From contig NC_068984.1 of the NCBI RefSeq assembly GCF_001194135.2, positions 15,378,607-15,442,606 on the forward strand: DNA of 64,000 bases. The letters run 5' to 3'. This document shows, in pieces, positions 12,961 to 28,295 of this stretch. Each line of letters opens with the position of its first letter. Positions within the stretch are counted from its first letter, which is position 1. Source of the DNA: Octopus bimaculoides. Lineage: Eukaryota. The position numbers were made by a program, and so were the translations under genes. The notes beneath the pieces are model-generated. The model searched no databases, was not told the DNA's origin, and saw nothing but the letters and a program-made list of their open reading frames with translations.

Positions 12961-15129
12961 ATTATTTAAGAGCTATTGATCTATTGCCCATAATTTATCA
13001 TTTTAGAATGCTTCTTCCGCCCTTCAATTTAAAATAATGCTATCTCCTGTTTACTACGTATTTTCCTTTTAGATTAATTTTTTAAAAGTAAATTTTTGTT
13101 TTTTTTTTCTTCGTGTATGTATTGAGTAAATTTGATNNNNNNNNNNNNNNNNNNNNNNNNNNNNNNNNNNNNNNNNNNNNNNNNNNNNNNNNNNNNNNNN
13201 NNNNNNNNNNNNNNNNNNNNNNNNNNNNNNNNNNNNNNNNNNNNNNNNNNNNNNNNNNNNNNNNNNNNNNNNNNNNNNNNNNNNNNNNNNNNNNNNNNNN
13301 NNNNNNNNNNNNNNNNNNNNNNNNNNNNNNNNNNNNNNNNNNNNNNNNNNNNNNNNNNNNNNNNNNNNNNNNNNNNNNNNNNNNNNNNNNNNNNNNNNNN
13401 NNNNNNNNNNNGGCGACATATCTTCCTGCGATGAATTTACCAGATACCGTTACAAAGTTGAAGGCAAACCTAATTAAACATAAATAAGTAAATTTAACAT
13501 AAAAAGAATTAATATAGGCGCAGGTATGGTTGTGTAATTAAGAAACTCGTTTTGCAGCCACGTGGTTTTGGGTTCGGTCCCACTTTGTGGCACTTTGGGG
13601 AAGTATCCTTTTCAATAGTCCCGGGTGCTAAATTTTTTTCCCACGAGAGTTCTGGATCCCAGTAATGAACGCATTTGCATACGGCCAATCAGAGCTCATC
13701 TTGACCATGTCAAGTTAACAAGCACACTCTACCAAGTAAACTCAAGACGAAGAACAGTGTTGTAAGTCGACCGATCGCCAAGTTATGCCTGATTTTAGAA
13801 GGAGACAAGTAATTGGATAGATTTGCATCTCTACCTATTATCGGATTTTGTTAGGGCCCCAAGTGGTAAAGATGTGGATGGGGAAAATGTGGGTAGGGGG
13901 TGATGTGCTCGCAACTTACTTTATTACAGAGTAAACAACAATACAAATTACTACGCAGAGGCAGCCATGGTTGAAACACGAACAAGAACAACAAGCATTA
14001 TTAAAAGAGAAAAGAAGTATGGTCATTCCTTACCCAAGTGACCTTATCTTATCGCCCATCACTTGTTATGCGCTCATAAATTAGTTTGATAGTTGAGCTC
14101 TGATTGGTTCTATGCAAATGAGTTTATAACTTAGGTCCGGAACTCTCGTGGGGAAAAAAAATTCGCGCCCCGAGCCGACCAGTGCCTTGTGAGTGAATCT
14201 GGAAGGCAGAAACTGTGTAGAATTCCATTGTATACGTATAAGTGTATGAATGAATGTGTGTGTTTTTGTGTCTGTGTTTATCTCTGCCCCCACCACATGA
14301 AAACCGATGTTTGTTTATATCCCCGTTATTTAGTTCGACAAAAAGACCAATAAAATAAGTACCAGATTCAAAAGTGACTCCTGGGGTCGATTTGTTTGAC
14401 TAAAACCCTCCAAGGCAGTGTTCCGGCATGGCCGCAGTCAATGACTAAAAACAAGTAAAAGATACAATTAAAAAAATGACTCGCTAGCTTAGGAAAGAAA
14501 AGTCTTAGTATGTGACTGAGTAACGATTTCACACACCTAGCTCCTGACTTGCCCACACGGTTTAGCGGTGAACGGTTCGTTGGTTTTTTGGTGGGATAAT
14601 TTGACAGCGAAATATTTTCACGGGCGTATATTTGTCATTTGCTTTATTACTTCTTGCATACAAATTTATAATGTAATATAGTCATCTCCATCAAAATGTA
14701 TTGTTTCTCCCGTTAACAAAACATTTTAATATACAAAACTGTTTTTGCAGGGAAAGGGAATACAAATACAGAATAAATTGACCTTGAATTCTCTATTTTA
14801 TCATATTATTATTTACTTAGTTGTTTATTTTTCTGACCGCATTATTTTCAACTATTCAAGTTAACAATTAAGAATTCTATTATTTATTCTTGGAACAAAG
14901 CTTTTAACTATAAAACAGATGATGGACGATTACGAATTACTCTTCTCTTTCGCTCGACATTTCATCCTTCGAATTGTGAAAACATTCATTGCCGGCAATA
15001 GCAACGATTTTCTCTGATTCTGCCGTATAACGAGAGAAGTAACAACGAAACAAGAAGAGTTTTTAAAACTCTAGCATGATAATTCTGCACATGATGTATT
15101 TTATGAGAAAAATGTATGATTTTTGGTTT

Positions 15130-15960
15130 CGGATATGAAATTCATACTTTCCAACGTTTAGAGGTAAGAGATGTACGGTTCTTTAGTTTCCTGGAGTGTG
15201 ACGCCCCATGACGGCAAAAATGTCGGACACCGAGAGGATACTGTCGGCTGAAGAAGTGACGCATTTCTTTAGATTTAGAGCTGGAAGTTCGAATCGATGC
15301 TGTACAGTGAAAAGAATGAGAATGTACATTTGGAGTGCAAAGAGAAATAGTGGAGGTAGTTGTGGGAGTTAGTGCGTTTGTAGTGGAGAGAGGACAGGTG
15401 GAAATTATTGATCGTGACAGAGATATCAAGGAAGCAAATGGAGGTATTTGATATGGTACAAGTGAATTCTAAGAAAGAGTAGAATCTACCGACATATTGT
15501 TGATTGTTGTGGCGTGAATGAGGTTTGTGTAATTCAGAGCCATCTTAGTACCCATAGCTACCTCTCTCAAATGTTGATAAAACTCGTCAGGAAAGAAGAG
15601 GCAATTAACAGTGAGGACGAAAGCAATCAGGTGATGAAGGTTAGTGGTATTGAGTAGGAGAAGGGAGCTGCATATGAGGATGGGCTAAAAGCAGATTCTT
15701 CGTCGCTGTGGGAAAGACTGTGTTGAGTGATTTGAGGCTCGTGGTGGTAAATAGAACTTAGGAATGTACAGCGGGAATAGCAAACGAGTTAAAGGGATTC
15801 AGAGCATGGTTGGTGCCCTTAATATGTGTTAGGAAAGCAGAGATAAGGAGTTATAGCAGTTTATTGAGGAACATGGAGAAAGGTTGGGTGAGACAGTCTC
15901 TGGCAAAGACGATAGGACAGTTGTGGATAGTCGACTTTAAGGATTCTGGAGATGAAATAG
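15130..15960 (-). pseudogene. Penelope-like retroelement relic (RT plus pre-GIY-YIG region), internally deleted
   Basis: LISAFLTHIKGTNHAL (~15800-15846), LFFPDEFYQHLREVAMGTKMALNYTNL (~15520-15600; PLE GxAMGxxMxPxYANL motif), and STCPLSTTNA...HSFHCTAS (~15290-15400). Confidence 0.7.
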
Positions 15961-17516
15961 TGACGGTACACTCATATACTACGTATGTGAGTCCATGTTT
16001 ATGTCCTGTAACTTAGCTATTCAACAAAGTGTTCAATAAGTGAAAGATATAGTGGAGCCGATATGATCAATTAAAACCAGCATAGCCGCAGACCAATGAC
16101 TAAAACTATTTGCTACTACTCAAATAGTTATGGGACTCCATTGTAGACAAAGAAAAAAATAACAACTAAAGTTTCTAAGACTGCTGTAATGTTTAAACTA
16201 ATTCGACATAAATGCGTTTTTCCAAATATTTATTCTGTTGAGTAATAGCGGTGAATATGATTTTTAAAAAAAAGAAAAGTAAGAAAGAAAGAAAGAAAGA
16301 AAGAGAAACACGCAAAATGAAGAAAACTCAGTAACTGTATAATTTAGTAATAACAATTAACAGAGCTTCAGAATTTTTCAAACAACTGAACTTTACATTT
16401 AAAATTAAGAATAGTTTTGTCTTGTGCTATACAAAGAATCATACGCACAAGAGTTGTTTTGAAGAATTTGGAAGTAAACATTTTCCTAAAACTAACATAC
16501 ACGTAATACAATCCAAGAGTTTGTAGGTGTCAATAAGCTTCGTTACCGTGCATATACTTGGCGTATTTATATTTTATTTTAAGGAAACTGTTAAGTTGTT
16601 ATGATAATTTATTGTTATAACCAGCAAACGTAAGCCGTTCGTTATAATACCATCGTAGCATAACTGCTTTTCCATTCACCTTGCTGTGGCTCCTGGTTTT
16701 CATCAGTCGTTATTTTGCAGACGATAGACAGCTTTTTGACGTCATCAGTGAATGTAAATAGTTTTCTTTATTAAAAGAATTTCGTTTGCTTTTTCTGACA
16801 TTCTTCCGCTTACCTTTCTTACTATTCAGTTCTTTGCCATCCATGTCTGAGAGCATTCTTAACTTTGACGCAAATATGCTTGCAGGAATAAATAAACATG
16901 TGTGTTATTTTTGCATAGAAGTTGCGAATTATATTTACTAAATTTATTGTTGCTTATGCGGCAATGGAAATGGGTTTGGGAAACAAGGGGTACACCAGAG
17001 TCCTTGAGGTTGAAATTGGGAAGACGGAGAAAGATTAGACGCTGTTAGAGCCCCTCCTCTGGGAGCTGAAAAGTAGGGAAGCACCGTCCCCTTACGTAAC
17101 CCACCGCATTTCCATCACTTATCTTATTATTATTAATACTCATTCAGTTTCATTAAGAGAAAAACGAACTGAATGGTTTTGTTAGGAAAACTAAATGACG
17201 ACGAGAAGTAATTTGTTGCGATGCCAGATTAGCTGTCCCCGAAAAACAGTTGCTGCTGCTGCTGCTGGAGGTCCTAGAAGACGTCATTTCTTTTCATGAT
17301 TATCATCATCGTTGTTGTTATTGTTATAAGGCAGCGAGCTGGTCAAATCGTTACTGAGTCGTTATGTTCTGAGTTCAAATTCCGCCGAAGTCGACTTTGC
17401 CTTTTATCCTTTCGGGGTCGATAAATTAAGTACCAATGAAACACTAAGGTTGATGTAATCGACTAGTCCCTTCTCGCCAAATTTCAGGTCTTGTGCCTTT
17501 AGTAGAAAGGATTGTA

Positions 17517-17550
<34 letters not shown>

Positions 17551-18465
17551 CTGGGGTCGATTTGCTCGACTAAAGGCGGTGCTCCAGCATGGCCGGAGTC
17601 AAAGGACTGAAACATGTAAAAGAGTAAAAAGAGAGAGTATTAGTATTATTACAAGGCGGCGGAGACAGAGCTACCAGAATAGTTAGCGCGTCGAACAAAA
17701 TGCTTAACAGCGTTTCTTCCGGCTCTTTACATTCTGAATGTATATATCACCGAAATTAACATTACCTATCTTCCCTCTACAATCTATGGCGTCAACTAAC
17801 TCTCACACCACAAAATTGCTGGCCTTGTGCATAAATTATTATTGTATAGGCGCAAGTGTGGCTGTATGAGTTAAGAAATTTACTTCCCAACCACTTGGAT
17901 TCGCGTTCAATCCGACTGCAAAGCATCTAGGGCGAGTGTCTTCTACTATAGCCCCGGGCCGATCAGACAGAAATTAAAATAATATGTACGTGTGTATATC
18001 TGTGAGTGTGTGTGAATGTTTGCGTCATTTTGTCATGACATCACGTGATAGTTGTAAAAGAGTGCCGTCCATTTTCAATATTCTTCGAAAACATGCCCAG
18101 CCAGATGTCTAGAAATATCAACTTGCTTGGAAACAAGCGACGGTTGACAACGTGAAGAACATCCGACTGTAGAAAATGGGTCTCGATGAACTCCGTGGAA
18201 ATTGTGATGGCTTTTGGTTGATAAGGAATGAGTGTATCCATCCTTGTATTTTTTACCCTTGCTTTCTGTATGTTCCTTCTTCGACTTCATGTATGTATGT
18301 TATATTATATTATATTACATAAAACACACACACACACGCACACACATATATATACTTGAAAATTACAGAAAAACAAAAGACGAAGACGGGTGTATGAAAC
18401 AACACGTAGGTGTATTAGTTTGACGCTCGGGAAAGTGAGAAAGTCTTTTACGTTTCGAACCTACG

Positions 18466-18499
<34 letters not shown>

Positions 18500-21400
18500 G
18501 CATGTATGTATGCTATATAGATATGTGTGTATGTGTTATAAAGATATATATCATTGTTTTATATGTATGTACGTAATGTTATATAATAAATCTATAAATA
18601 AATTATTTGCTCCATCAGGAAACAAAATGATTTTCCCAACAAAGTTCAGTGCGTTTGTGTTTCCGCAGAAGATGCAATTAATTTGCTGATGAGCAAGATA
18701 TACTTTTTGTTATGAAGGTAACTAAAGTATACAGACGAGTACAGACTACACTATGTTACTAGTTAAATCAATAACAATGAATCATTGTTTGAATAAAGAA
18801 AATGAATAATTTATATGTAGTCAATAAAAAAATATGAACCAGTTTGAAATCCAAAGGAAATTAGAATAATAAATATTTGAATATCATTTAGAAAAGCAAC
18901 TTTAAAATAAAACCTTAAGTTGTAGATAACGATGTTTGCACACATTAAATACATTGTTTTTAGCATCGTTATTACGTCTGTCGTATCGAGCGTCCACATT
19001 TACTTCAACTAATAATTTCAGATCATTACCTGGACTATGGTTGGGTGGTAGATTGACGCATGAAAATAGAGGACTAAGCTAAATGCTTGGTAAGTTAACT
19101 CAATACTAGAATCAGCAGAAATCCAAGAGATGTTCACAGTTAATATTATTGGGTTCAAAGAAGGCAAAGCAGTTATAAAGTAAAATTTATAGAGTGAAAA
19201 TATAACGTTTCCGATATAGATCCTAGTGGGTGTCTAATTGCAACACCAGTGATTGCTCACTCAATGTTTTCTTATATCAACGGCGACGGATTTTATCATA
19301 ATAAACAGTTTCCACTGAGTACATGCTACTGACGAAGCCTAAGAAGATAAAAATGTGCATCTAGCGATGTCAGCACTCCGGTGGAGGACTGATTGAAGGG
19401 TAGGTTTATAATGCTGATTTCAAAAATAAAAGTACAATAACTGAGAGGACTATGGCGGCGTGCCATGAGAGAAATAACAGACAGACGCACCATAAACAGT
19501 ACTTCTACTCAAGAAAAAATTCATAATATTCAGAAGTATTTGAGGCATCGATCTTTGTACTTTCGTTAATAACATTAAGAAATATAGGCTTGAGAGGAAA
19601 ATTTGATCTTGAGGAAATTTCAACTTATTTGAGGTCATTTTGTGTACATATATATACACACACACATATATGTATGTATATATTTATATATCTGTGTATG
19701 TATATATATATGTGTGTGTGTATACATGTTTATATGTATATGTGTGAGTATATGTTTATATATATATATATTCGTGAAGGCGCATGGCTTAGTGGTTTGG
19801 GTGTTGCACTCACGATTGCGAGATCGTGGGTTCGATTCCCAGACAGGGCGTCGTGTTGTGTTCTTGAGCAAAGCACTTTATTTGACGTTGCTCTGCGATC
19901 ATTTCGACATCTGACATGTGGCACCCCGTTCCACTTGTACAGGTAATGTCGATTTGATGGAAGGAGTGAGCTTATGTCTACACAAATATTTATTTGATTA
20001 CTATAAACAAATCCTGTGTGTGTTTGTTCAGTAAAGAAATTGTCGAACCCTCATACGTCGTCCACTTGGCTGAAACACATAAATAAATAAATAAATAAAT
20101 ATATATATGTATATATATATATATGTATCCCCATGGCCAAACACATTCTCGCAGAATACTGGAAATTACACTTATTTACAACTACCACACCATGTCAAGA
20201 CAAGGAGACGTATATATTTATTTACACGATGGGCTTCTTACAGTTTCCATCTACCAAGTTTACTTGCAAAACTTTGGTTGGCATGGAATAATAGAAAACA
20301 CTTTCCCAAGGTGCCATGCAGTAGGACTGAACCTGAGACTGTGTGGATGGGAAACGCCTAAATGTTCACTTTGATTATCAATTATTCAAACTTGTACTGG
20401 CCCAAATTCTTTGTAACTATTTTTCATTGTATTAAAACCTGCTCGAAGCAGATCTTGTTAAGCTATGCAAGTAATGTCCAATAATAGAGAAGCTCTTTCA
20501 TAAATGTCCTCTTGCCTGCATAGTTCAGCCTTAATTCTTAATTTATCAAAGTTATTTCTTTTTCTTTGAGAAAGTCGCTAACATTTACCACTAGGTTTTA
20601 GTTTTCTTTCTCCAACTAAGAGGAAAATTTCACATGAAAAGTATTTTTGCACTTGTCATTCAGTACATAACCTCACACCACCACCTTATGGAACATATAC
20701 TCTCTTTACAATATTTCTTGTGGATAAAATCTCTCAGGCTTATAAAGCATCCGGAGTTAAAACTTACATCTTAAAAGCCAAATTTACAGAAAGGATAAAA
20801 ATACTTACAACTATGTCATCGTTTGGATTAATAAGTGGCGAAATAAATAGATAGAGAAGAGATTAAGAAGATTCTCAAAAATTACATTTTAAACGATATT
20901 TTTTCATCTCACCAAATAAAATTTAGCGCTTAACTATTTTCATGATACTGAAGACGTCGATACAAAATTAACCTAGATTTACATTCGTACCTGTTGTTGT
21001 GGAAATATTAATCATTGTAATCTGAAATAGATTACACGAGATGAACTCATACTTGCGTGAAGCAAACCAATTCTGACTGTAACTCGATATTGTTGCTTGC
21101 ATTATTCAACAAAAAAACTGTAATAGTTGATGTTAAGTATTCACACCTCCCGTCTTTAATCAGAACGGAACTAACAGGACTATTATTGGACACTTGCTAT
21201 GAAAATTGAAATTTATGGACAAAAAAAAAAAAAAGAAGACAAGTATTTGTGTAAAGTCATGTTTGACGTGTTCAAGTACATTCGGACGTGATAAGACATT
21301 CCGCTGTGGAAATAGTCCCGAGAGAAAATTCTCCTTTTAGACATGTGAAGATACATTTCTGGGCTGTGAATGACGCCATGGATCGTAGGACGCATGTGTT

Positions 21401-22562
21401 TCCGCGTTTTCTCGCTTCGTCAGCAACGAAAACCAACTCTGTCACTCATAGCCTGATGAGAATAAAATTATTCCTTCTAAAACAGCATATGGTAAGTATG
21501 TTGGTGTCTGTAAAGCTTAGTTAAGCTAGAATTAAATAAATGATGCTGCACGAAGCAGCGTTGAATAAAAAAAATATACGTGTACAGTCATATTTGACAC
21601 ATTCAAGTGCATTCGTATTTCAAAGAGATTAAAATTTCAATGCTTTAGTTAGTTACTATAAAACAATTACTACGTAATGGAAAAATAATTTTGGTTGCAT
21701 CGACAACCAGTCCTTCCACACTCACACAACAGTAACAATATCAGCTATGTAATTGACACAATAGCTATTATTAATTAATTGACAGAGAGAAAAATCATGT
21801 GTATAAAATATAAACATTTATTATTATTCATCACATGATGGACTTTCAACTTTTGTATGAATTTTTCAAGTTAGTATATTATATTATCATAGGATTTCCT
21901 TTCTCAGTTGGATAGACTGTGATGAGTTAACAGTTATTTATCCAACACAACACACTGCCCGTCTACATCATTGCTAAGCTTCAGTACAAGAAAATGCTAG
22001 AATTATCATCATGAAGATGCCGTTAGTGTTTATGTTGTCTCTTCCCGTTTCAAGATTTATTTTAAAATTTTCTTTATATCCCTAGGTTCTTCCTATCTAG
22101 CTAGGCTGCGTAGGAAGGAAGTAAATATTATCAGCAGAAGGTGAAATAAAGAAATACAAAAATAACAACATAAACAATTGTATTACGTGATTATATAACT
22201 AGACTAGCAGCAAGGAATTTGAATCATATTTAGAAAGTTCTAACAGCTGCATATTTTTTCAACACGTCTTTCAGTTGATGCTAGATTCCTTTCCGGTTAC
22301 AAACAAGCAAAGTTACCAGGTTTAAAATACTCCTGAGAAAAGGAGACAATAGAAAGAGCTTCTATATATCCACATATTATCCAGTCAGCAATTAAATAAA
22401 GTAATGTCAGTAATGAACTTAAACATTGTAGAGGAGGAGGAATAAAACTGAATATACACACGAATTCTTCCATTTTTTTTATTGTTTCGTTTTCCTAAAT
22501 TACATTGGCCGGGGGAGGGGGAGCGATGCAAACAGAAAAAATGGCACTCAAAACATAAGTAT

Positions 22563-22924
22563 ATACTCTTTTACTTGTTTCAGTCATTTGACTGCGGCCA
22601 TGCTGGAGCACCGCCTTTGGTCGAGCAAATCGACCCCAGGACTTATTCTTTGTAAGCCTAGTACTTATTCTATCGGTCTCTTTTGCCGAACCGCTATGTT
22701 ACGGGGACCTTAACACACCAGCATCGGTTGTCAAGCGATGTTGGTGGAACAAACACATATTTACATGTATATACGACGCGCTTCTTTCAGTTTCCGTCTA
22801 CTAAATCCATCCACTCACAAGGCTTTGGTCGGCCCGAGGCTATAGTAGAAGACACTTGCCCAAGGTGCCACGCAGTGGGACTGAACTCAGAACTATGTGG
22901 TTGGTAAGCAAGCTACTTACCACA
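22563..22924 (-). mobile_element. SINE family 1, full copy
   Basis: Reverse-complement match to 4066-4455 along its whole length. Confidence 0.85.
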
Positions 22925-23098
22925 TTTTTTTTTATTAATATTTAGTAGAAGCACAGAGTGACTCAAAAGCCGACAGTTTCGTGCATCAGTACTGATCAAA
23001 CTGGTTACAGATGAAGGGGTTAAATATTTATATACCGGTGTATTTGTTCCAGAACGATCCAGGAAAATACCATTATCGCTGGTATATAAATTTACAGT

Positions 23099-23453
23099 GG
23101 AGGCGCAATGGCCCAGTGGTTAGGGCAGCGGACTCGCGGTTTCGATTCCCAGACCAGGCGTTGTGAGTGTTTATTGAGCGAAAACACCTAAAGCTCCACG
23201 GGGCTCCGGCAGGGGATGGTGGCGAACCCTGCTGTACTCTTTCACCACAACTTTCTCTCACTCTTTCTTCCTGTTTCTGTTGTACCTATATTTCAAAGGG
23301 CCAGCCTTGTCACGCTGAATATCTCCGAGAACTACGTTAAGGGTACACGTTTCTGTGGAGTGCTCAGCCACTTGCACGTTAATTTCACGAGCAGGCTGTT
23401 CCGTTGATCGGATCAACTGGAACCCTCGTCGTCGTAAGCGACGGAGTGCCAAC
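23099..23453 (+). mobile_element. tRNA-type SINE family 2, full copy
   Basis: TGGCCCAGTGG A-box, GTTTCGATTCC B-box, tail CACTTGCACGTTAATTTCACGAGC...CGACGGAGTGCC. Other copies at 1880-2019(-), 5610-5745(-), 19787-19985(+) and 26440-26800(-). Confidence 0.85.
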
Positions 23454-23944
23454 ATAAATTTATAACTTCTTGATTTGTAACTAGTTTGGTAGGTGCTAAC
23501 GCTCGAAAATCTCAGTCCTTGACTCACTCTGTTGCTTCTAGTAAATATCTAAAATATGCACGTACACACCCAGAGACCTTTCACTTTCGTTTACCAAATC
23601 CACTCACATGGTTTTGATCAACCCGGGGCTGTAGTAGAAAAGACTTGCCCAAAGTGCCTGCCGCGAAGAAGGGCTAAACCCGTGACCACATTGTTGGGAA
23701 GGTAATTAACCACATTGTGAGATGGTTTAAAGTGATTAGGTTCAGTTAGTTAATATGCATAAAGGAAATATCTCAATTTCGTCAAGTGGGATTCAAACAA
23801 AGTTTTCTAGTTACTTGTGCCAAGCTGTTTTTAGTTAACTATGCAAATTAAGTAATTATATATTCAAATCTCAAACGTAAAAATTATACACACTTTCTCA
23901 AATAACATTCCTCAGTAAACTTTTACCATACAACAAAACTACAT

Positions 23945-24320
23945 AGCGTGGGTGCGTCGTAAGAAGTTTGTTTCCCAACCACATGGATCTTGGTTCAGTC
24001 CCACTGCGTAGCACCTTGGGCAAGTGTCTTCTGCAATGGGCTGACCAAAGCCTTGTGAGTGGATTTGGTAGACGGAAACTGAAAGAAGCCCGTCGTGTAA
24101 ATATATATATATATATATATACACACACACGTGTCTTTGTCCCCCAACATTGCTTGACAACTGAATTTGAGTTTACGTCCCCGTAACTTAGCGGTTCGGC
24201 AAAATGACCGACAGAATGAGTACCAGGCTTAAAAGAAAATACTGGGGTCCATTCATACGACTAAAAATTCTCTAAGGTGCTGCCCCAGCTTGGTCGCGGT
24301 CTAATGACAAACAAGTTAAA
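23945..24320 (+). mobile_element. SINE family 1, diverged full copy
   Basis: Colinear with 4066-4455. Confidence 0.8.
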
Positions 24321-24574
24321 GGAATAAAAAAATTATACGCAGCTATATCTACATAACAATATTGCCGCTAAGTATTCTTGGCAATTTTCTTGTCTGCGGA
24401 GGCGCGTGGCTTAGTGGTTAGCGTATGCAGCTGATGATCGTAAGGTCGTGAGTTCTATTTTCAACGGCGCGCTGTGTCCTTGAGCAAGACACTTTATTTC
24501 ATGTTGCTCCAATCTAGTCAGTGGGCAAAAACAAATAGCGAAGACCTGTTGAGACATGTGAAGTCGTTGTCGTG

Positions 24575-24845
24575 GCCGATGACAGTACCGTCTGATTGGC
24601 ACCCGTGCCGGTGGCACGTAAGAAGCACCATTCGAGCGTGGTCGTTGCCAGTACTGCCTGACTGGCCTTCGTGCCGGTGGCACGCAAAAAGCACCCACTA
24701 CACTCTCGGAGTGGTTGGCATTAGGAAGGGCATTCAGCTGTAGAAACTTTGCCAGATCGGATTGGAGCCTGGTGCAGCCTTCTGGCTAGCCAGCACTCAG
24801 TCAAACCCAGCATGGAAAGCGGACATTAAACGACGACGATGACGA
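24575..24845 (+). mobile_element. RTE 3' end with (GAC/GAT)n tail nested inside a family-2 SINE
   Basis: Same UTR as 545-825; SINE head at 24398-24545 and SINE tail at 24848-24987 on either side. Confidence 0.75.
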
Positions 24846-27800
24846 TTTCAAAGGGCCAGCATTGTTACATTCTGTGTAACACTGAATCTCCGTGAGAACT
24901 TCGTGATGTGTATGCCTGTCTCGGCCACTTGCACGTTAATTTCACGATCAACTGGAACACTCGTCGTCGTAACCGACGGAGCGCCAGTTTTTATTTTCCT
25001 ATATAGCACTTTTGTTATTCAGAAAATCTATGCACACCAGTGGAAAATCTGGCTTATTCCATTTTCCAAAATAGAGAAACGACTAAGCAATAATGTATCG
25101 ATTCATTCTTAATACATTTAGGTAGATTCGAACTTGAATATCTGATCACTATTGCTTCTCATTATCGAAGACCCTCCCCATTTTAGCCGATGTGTGTTCA
25201 CACGATCATGTTCCAATCCTGCCAGAACGTATTAATAATAGACAGATACGTTACTGTTCAGATTATCGCGTTTCTACGTGCACGCCATGAATTATAAACA
25301 ACCAAAGAATTTAGCGAAATATGCCAGATGGTTCAAACCTTCATAATTTATAAATAAAACCATTTTTGAAAAACGACCTCGTGTCAATCGGTACAAAGAT
25401 CATAGATGCTGTACGTATAAATATACAAACACACATTCGTTGAATGTAGAACTCAAAAATATTCCGCGTTTAATCTATCTTTTACTGTCATTTGACTGCG
25501 GCCATGCTAGAGAATGCTTCGAAGAATTTTTAGTCGAATGAATCGACTTTTATTTCTTTTAAGCCTAGAACTTATTCTATTGGTCTCTTTAGCCGAACCA
25601 CTACATTACGGGGACGTAAACACACTAACACCGGTTGTCATGAACGAACAGACTGAAAGACACACGACAGACTTCTTTCAGTTTCCGTCTCCCAAATCCA
25701 CTCACAAGGCTTTGGTCACCCAAGGATATTAAAATATAAAACACTCGCCCAAGATATCACGAACCATGCGGCTGAGAAGCAACACTTCTTGCCACATTGT
25801 TTTTTTTTTTTATTATTCAAAATCTAAGACAGCTGACCAGTTTTTGTTTCCAATACACCGTATTGGGTATCTTTCAATGAAAATACATATTTATAGAAGA
25901 AGGGGGAAAAAATCCAGCAATAGGCCGTCGCATTCAAAGTAGCCAACAATGGCGAAGAATTACACAAACTGAGTAAGCGAAAATAATTCGTTATGAGATC
26001 ACTTTCGAATTTTCCAAAATAATTCAATTTCATCATTTGGTGCATTTGTTTTTATGCCTATCATCACCACCACCATCATCATCATCATCCTCATATGCTT
26101 GCGCAGGAATGGCTCTATAGTTAACAAGCTCGCTTTGCAACTAAATGGTCTCGGGTTCAGTTCCACTGCGCTTTTACAGCAGTCCCGGGCCACCAATGCC
26201 TTCTGAGTAAATTTAGGAGAAGATGGCTGTATGGAAAACCCTTGTATTGATGCATCTTTGCCCTTCAGACAACCGCTGAAGTATCATTTACGTCCCTGTA
26301 ACAGCGATTCTACAAGAGAACTACAGAATAAGACACTTAAAAAAACGTACAGGGGTCGATCTGTTCGACTAAAACCCTTCAGAGCGACCAGAGTCCAATG
26401 ATTAAAACCTTCAGGGTTGGGCGGTACCCAAGTGCCAATTAGCTTGCAGGACAAAACACCGCAACTGAGTGGACAAGTAGTATTCGATGTAACTGCCACT
26501 CCATCGGTTATGATAACGAGGTTTCCAGTTGATCCAATGAATGGAACAGCCTGCTCGTGGAATTAGCGTGCAAGTGGTTGAGCACTCCACAAACACCCGT
26601 ACTCGAAGCTTAGTTAGTTCTCAGGGAGATTCAGCGTGACGAGGATGGCCCCTGCGAATATCAGGCGCAACTCATTTTCACCAGCTGAGTGAACTGGAGC
26701 AACGTGAAATAAAGTGTCTTGCTCAAGGATATATTGTGCCGCCAGAAATCGAACTGTTTTAAGACCGTGAGCCGAATACCAAAACCAATAAGCTACATGC
26801 CTTCACAATGTTCGATAGAAAATCAGTTATGGCAGGCAGGTTTCTAGCTAAGAATGAAAAAAAGAAAAAAAAAAAAACCTTGGAGAGTTACTCTCGTCAT
26901 TGCTGCAGGATTTATTCGGGTGTCCTCAATCATGTGTTTTATTCAACTGTGGCCATGCTGGGGCAACACCTTGAAGATTGAACAAAACGACTTATTCTTA
27001 AGTCTGGCATTTATTGTATGCGTCTCTCTTTGCTGAAACGCTAAGTTGCGGAGTTTTGGAAGGCAATACCAACACACTGTCCACACACGCGATGAGCTTC
27101 TTTCAATTTCCATCCACCAAATTCACTCACAAGGCATCGGAATGCCCAAGGATAAAGTAGACAATTGGCCGAGGTCCCGCGCAGCAGGACTGAATCTGAA
27201 ACCGAAGTGAACTTAACCACACAGCCATGCCAGAGCCTAAGAATATTCTTGCAGGAGAAATTAGTAAAATCGATTTTAATATATAACACTTGGGTAAATT
27301 AAAATACATAACATTTAATTTAACAGCGTTAAAAAAACTGGTCATAATTCATAATTACCTTTTATACCGTTTTTTTTCATGAAATTGAAATGTTGAAAAT
27401 ATTGAATAACACATAACAATTGCAGACAGAAAGTAATTAGATTTCAGATCAGTATACAGATTTTCGAAGAATGTTAGAAATTTTCCACATTTTACTATAT
27501 ATCATCATCGCTTAACGTCCACTTTCCATGCTAGCATCGGTTGGACGATTTGACAGGACTGGCGAACCAGATGGCTGCACCAGGCTCCAATCTGATCTGG
27601 CAGAGTTTCTACAGCTGGATGCCCTTCCTAACACCAACCACTCCGAGACAAACACCTTATTTGTAGGTTAACAAAGCAACCAATGGTTTCATGAAGATAA
27701 AACTCTTAACACTTATCAAGCTTATCACATTGGGACATTTGCAATCGACTCCAAAATGAAGACGATTACCAAGTCATTCAGTTCGATATTAGCATATACA

Positions 27801-28260
27801 TATATATCATTTATTTAACGGGCACAATACGTCTTTAAGTGCTACTAATAGTTTCATATGTTGAGAAATATCTCAAACATATTCATCAGGCACAAACCTA
27901 TATGCTGCCTTCTCAGTTTTCTTTTTTTGCGTTTCTTATTCAATTTTTTTTAGTTCGTTATATGTGGTTTGTGGCTGATGAATATGTTAGATATTTTTTA
28001 ACATATAGAGCTATTAGTAACACTCAAAGAAATGTATTGTGTCCTTTAAATAAATAATATTTATCTCACCAGATGGAGTACTTTTCTTGTTGAATCTTCT
28101 ATCACAGAAAGTACAGTGTATATATATATCGCATAAGCCTTACGATATTAATATCCTGGTTTAGAACTCAATATACGTATGTTTCTGGACTGAGCGCTTA
28201 GAAGATCGTTTATTCTTTTGTCGTCACTTCTATGTATATATGTATGCATGCATATGTATG

Positions 28261-28295
<35 letters not shown>

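Noticed and set aside
16945-17120. Short inverted termini ATGGAAATG...CATTTCCAT
   Set aside because: Only ~9 bp of perfect inverted repeat and no TSD; insufficient for a MITE call.
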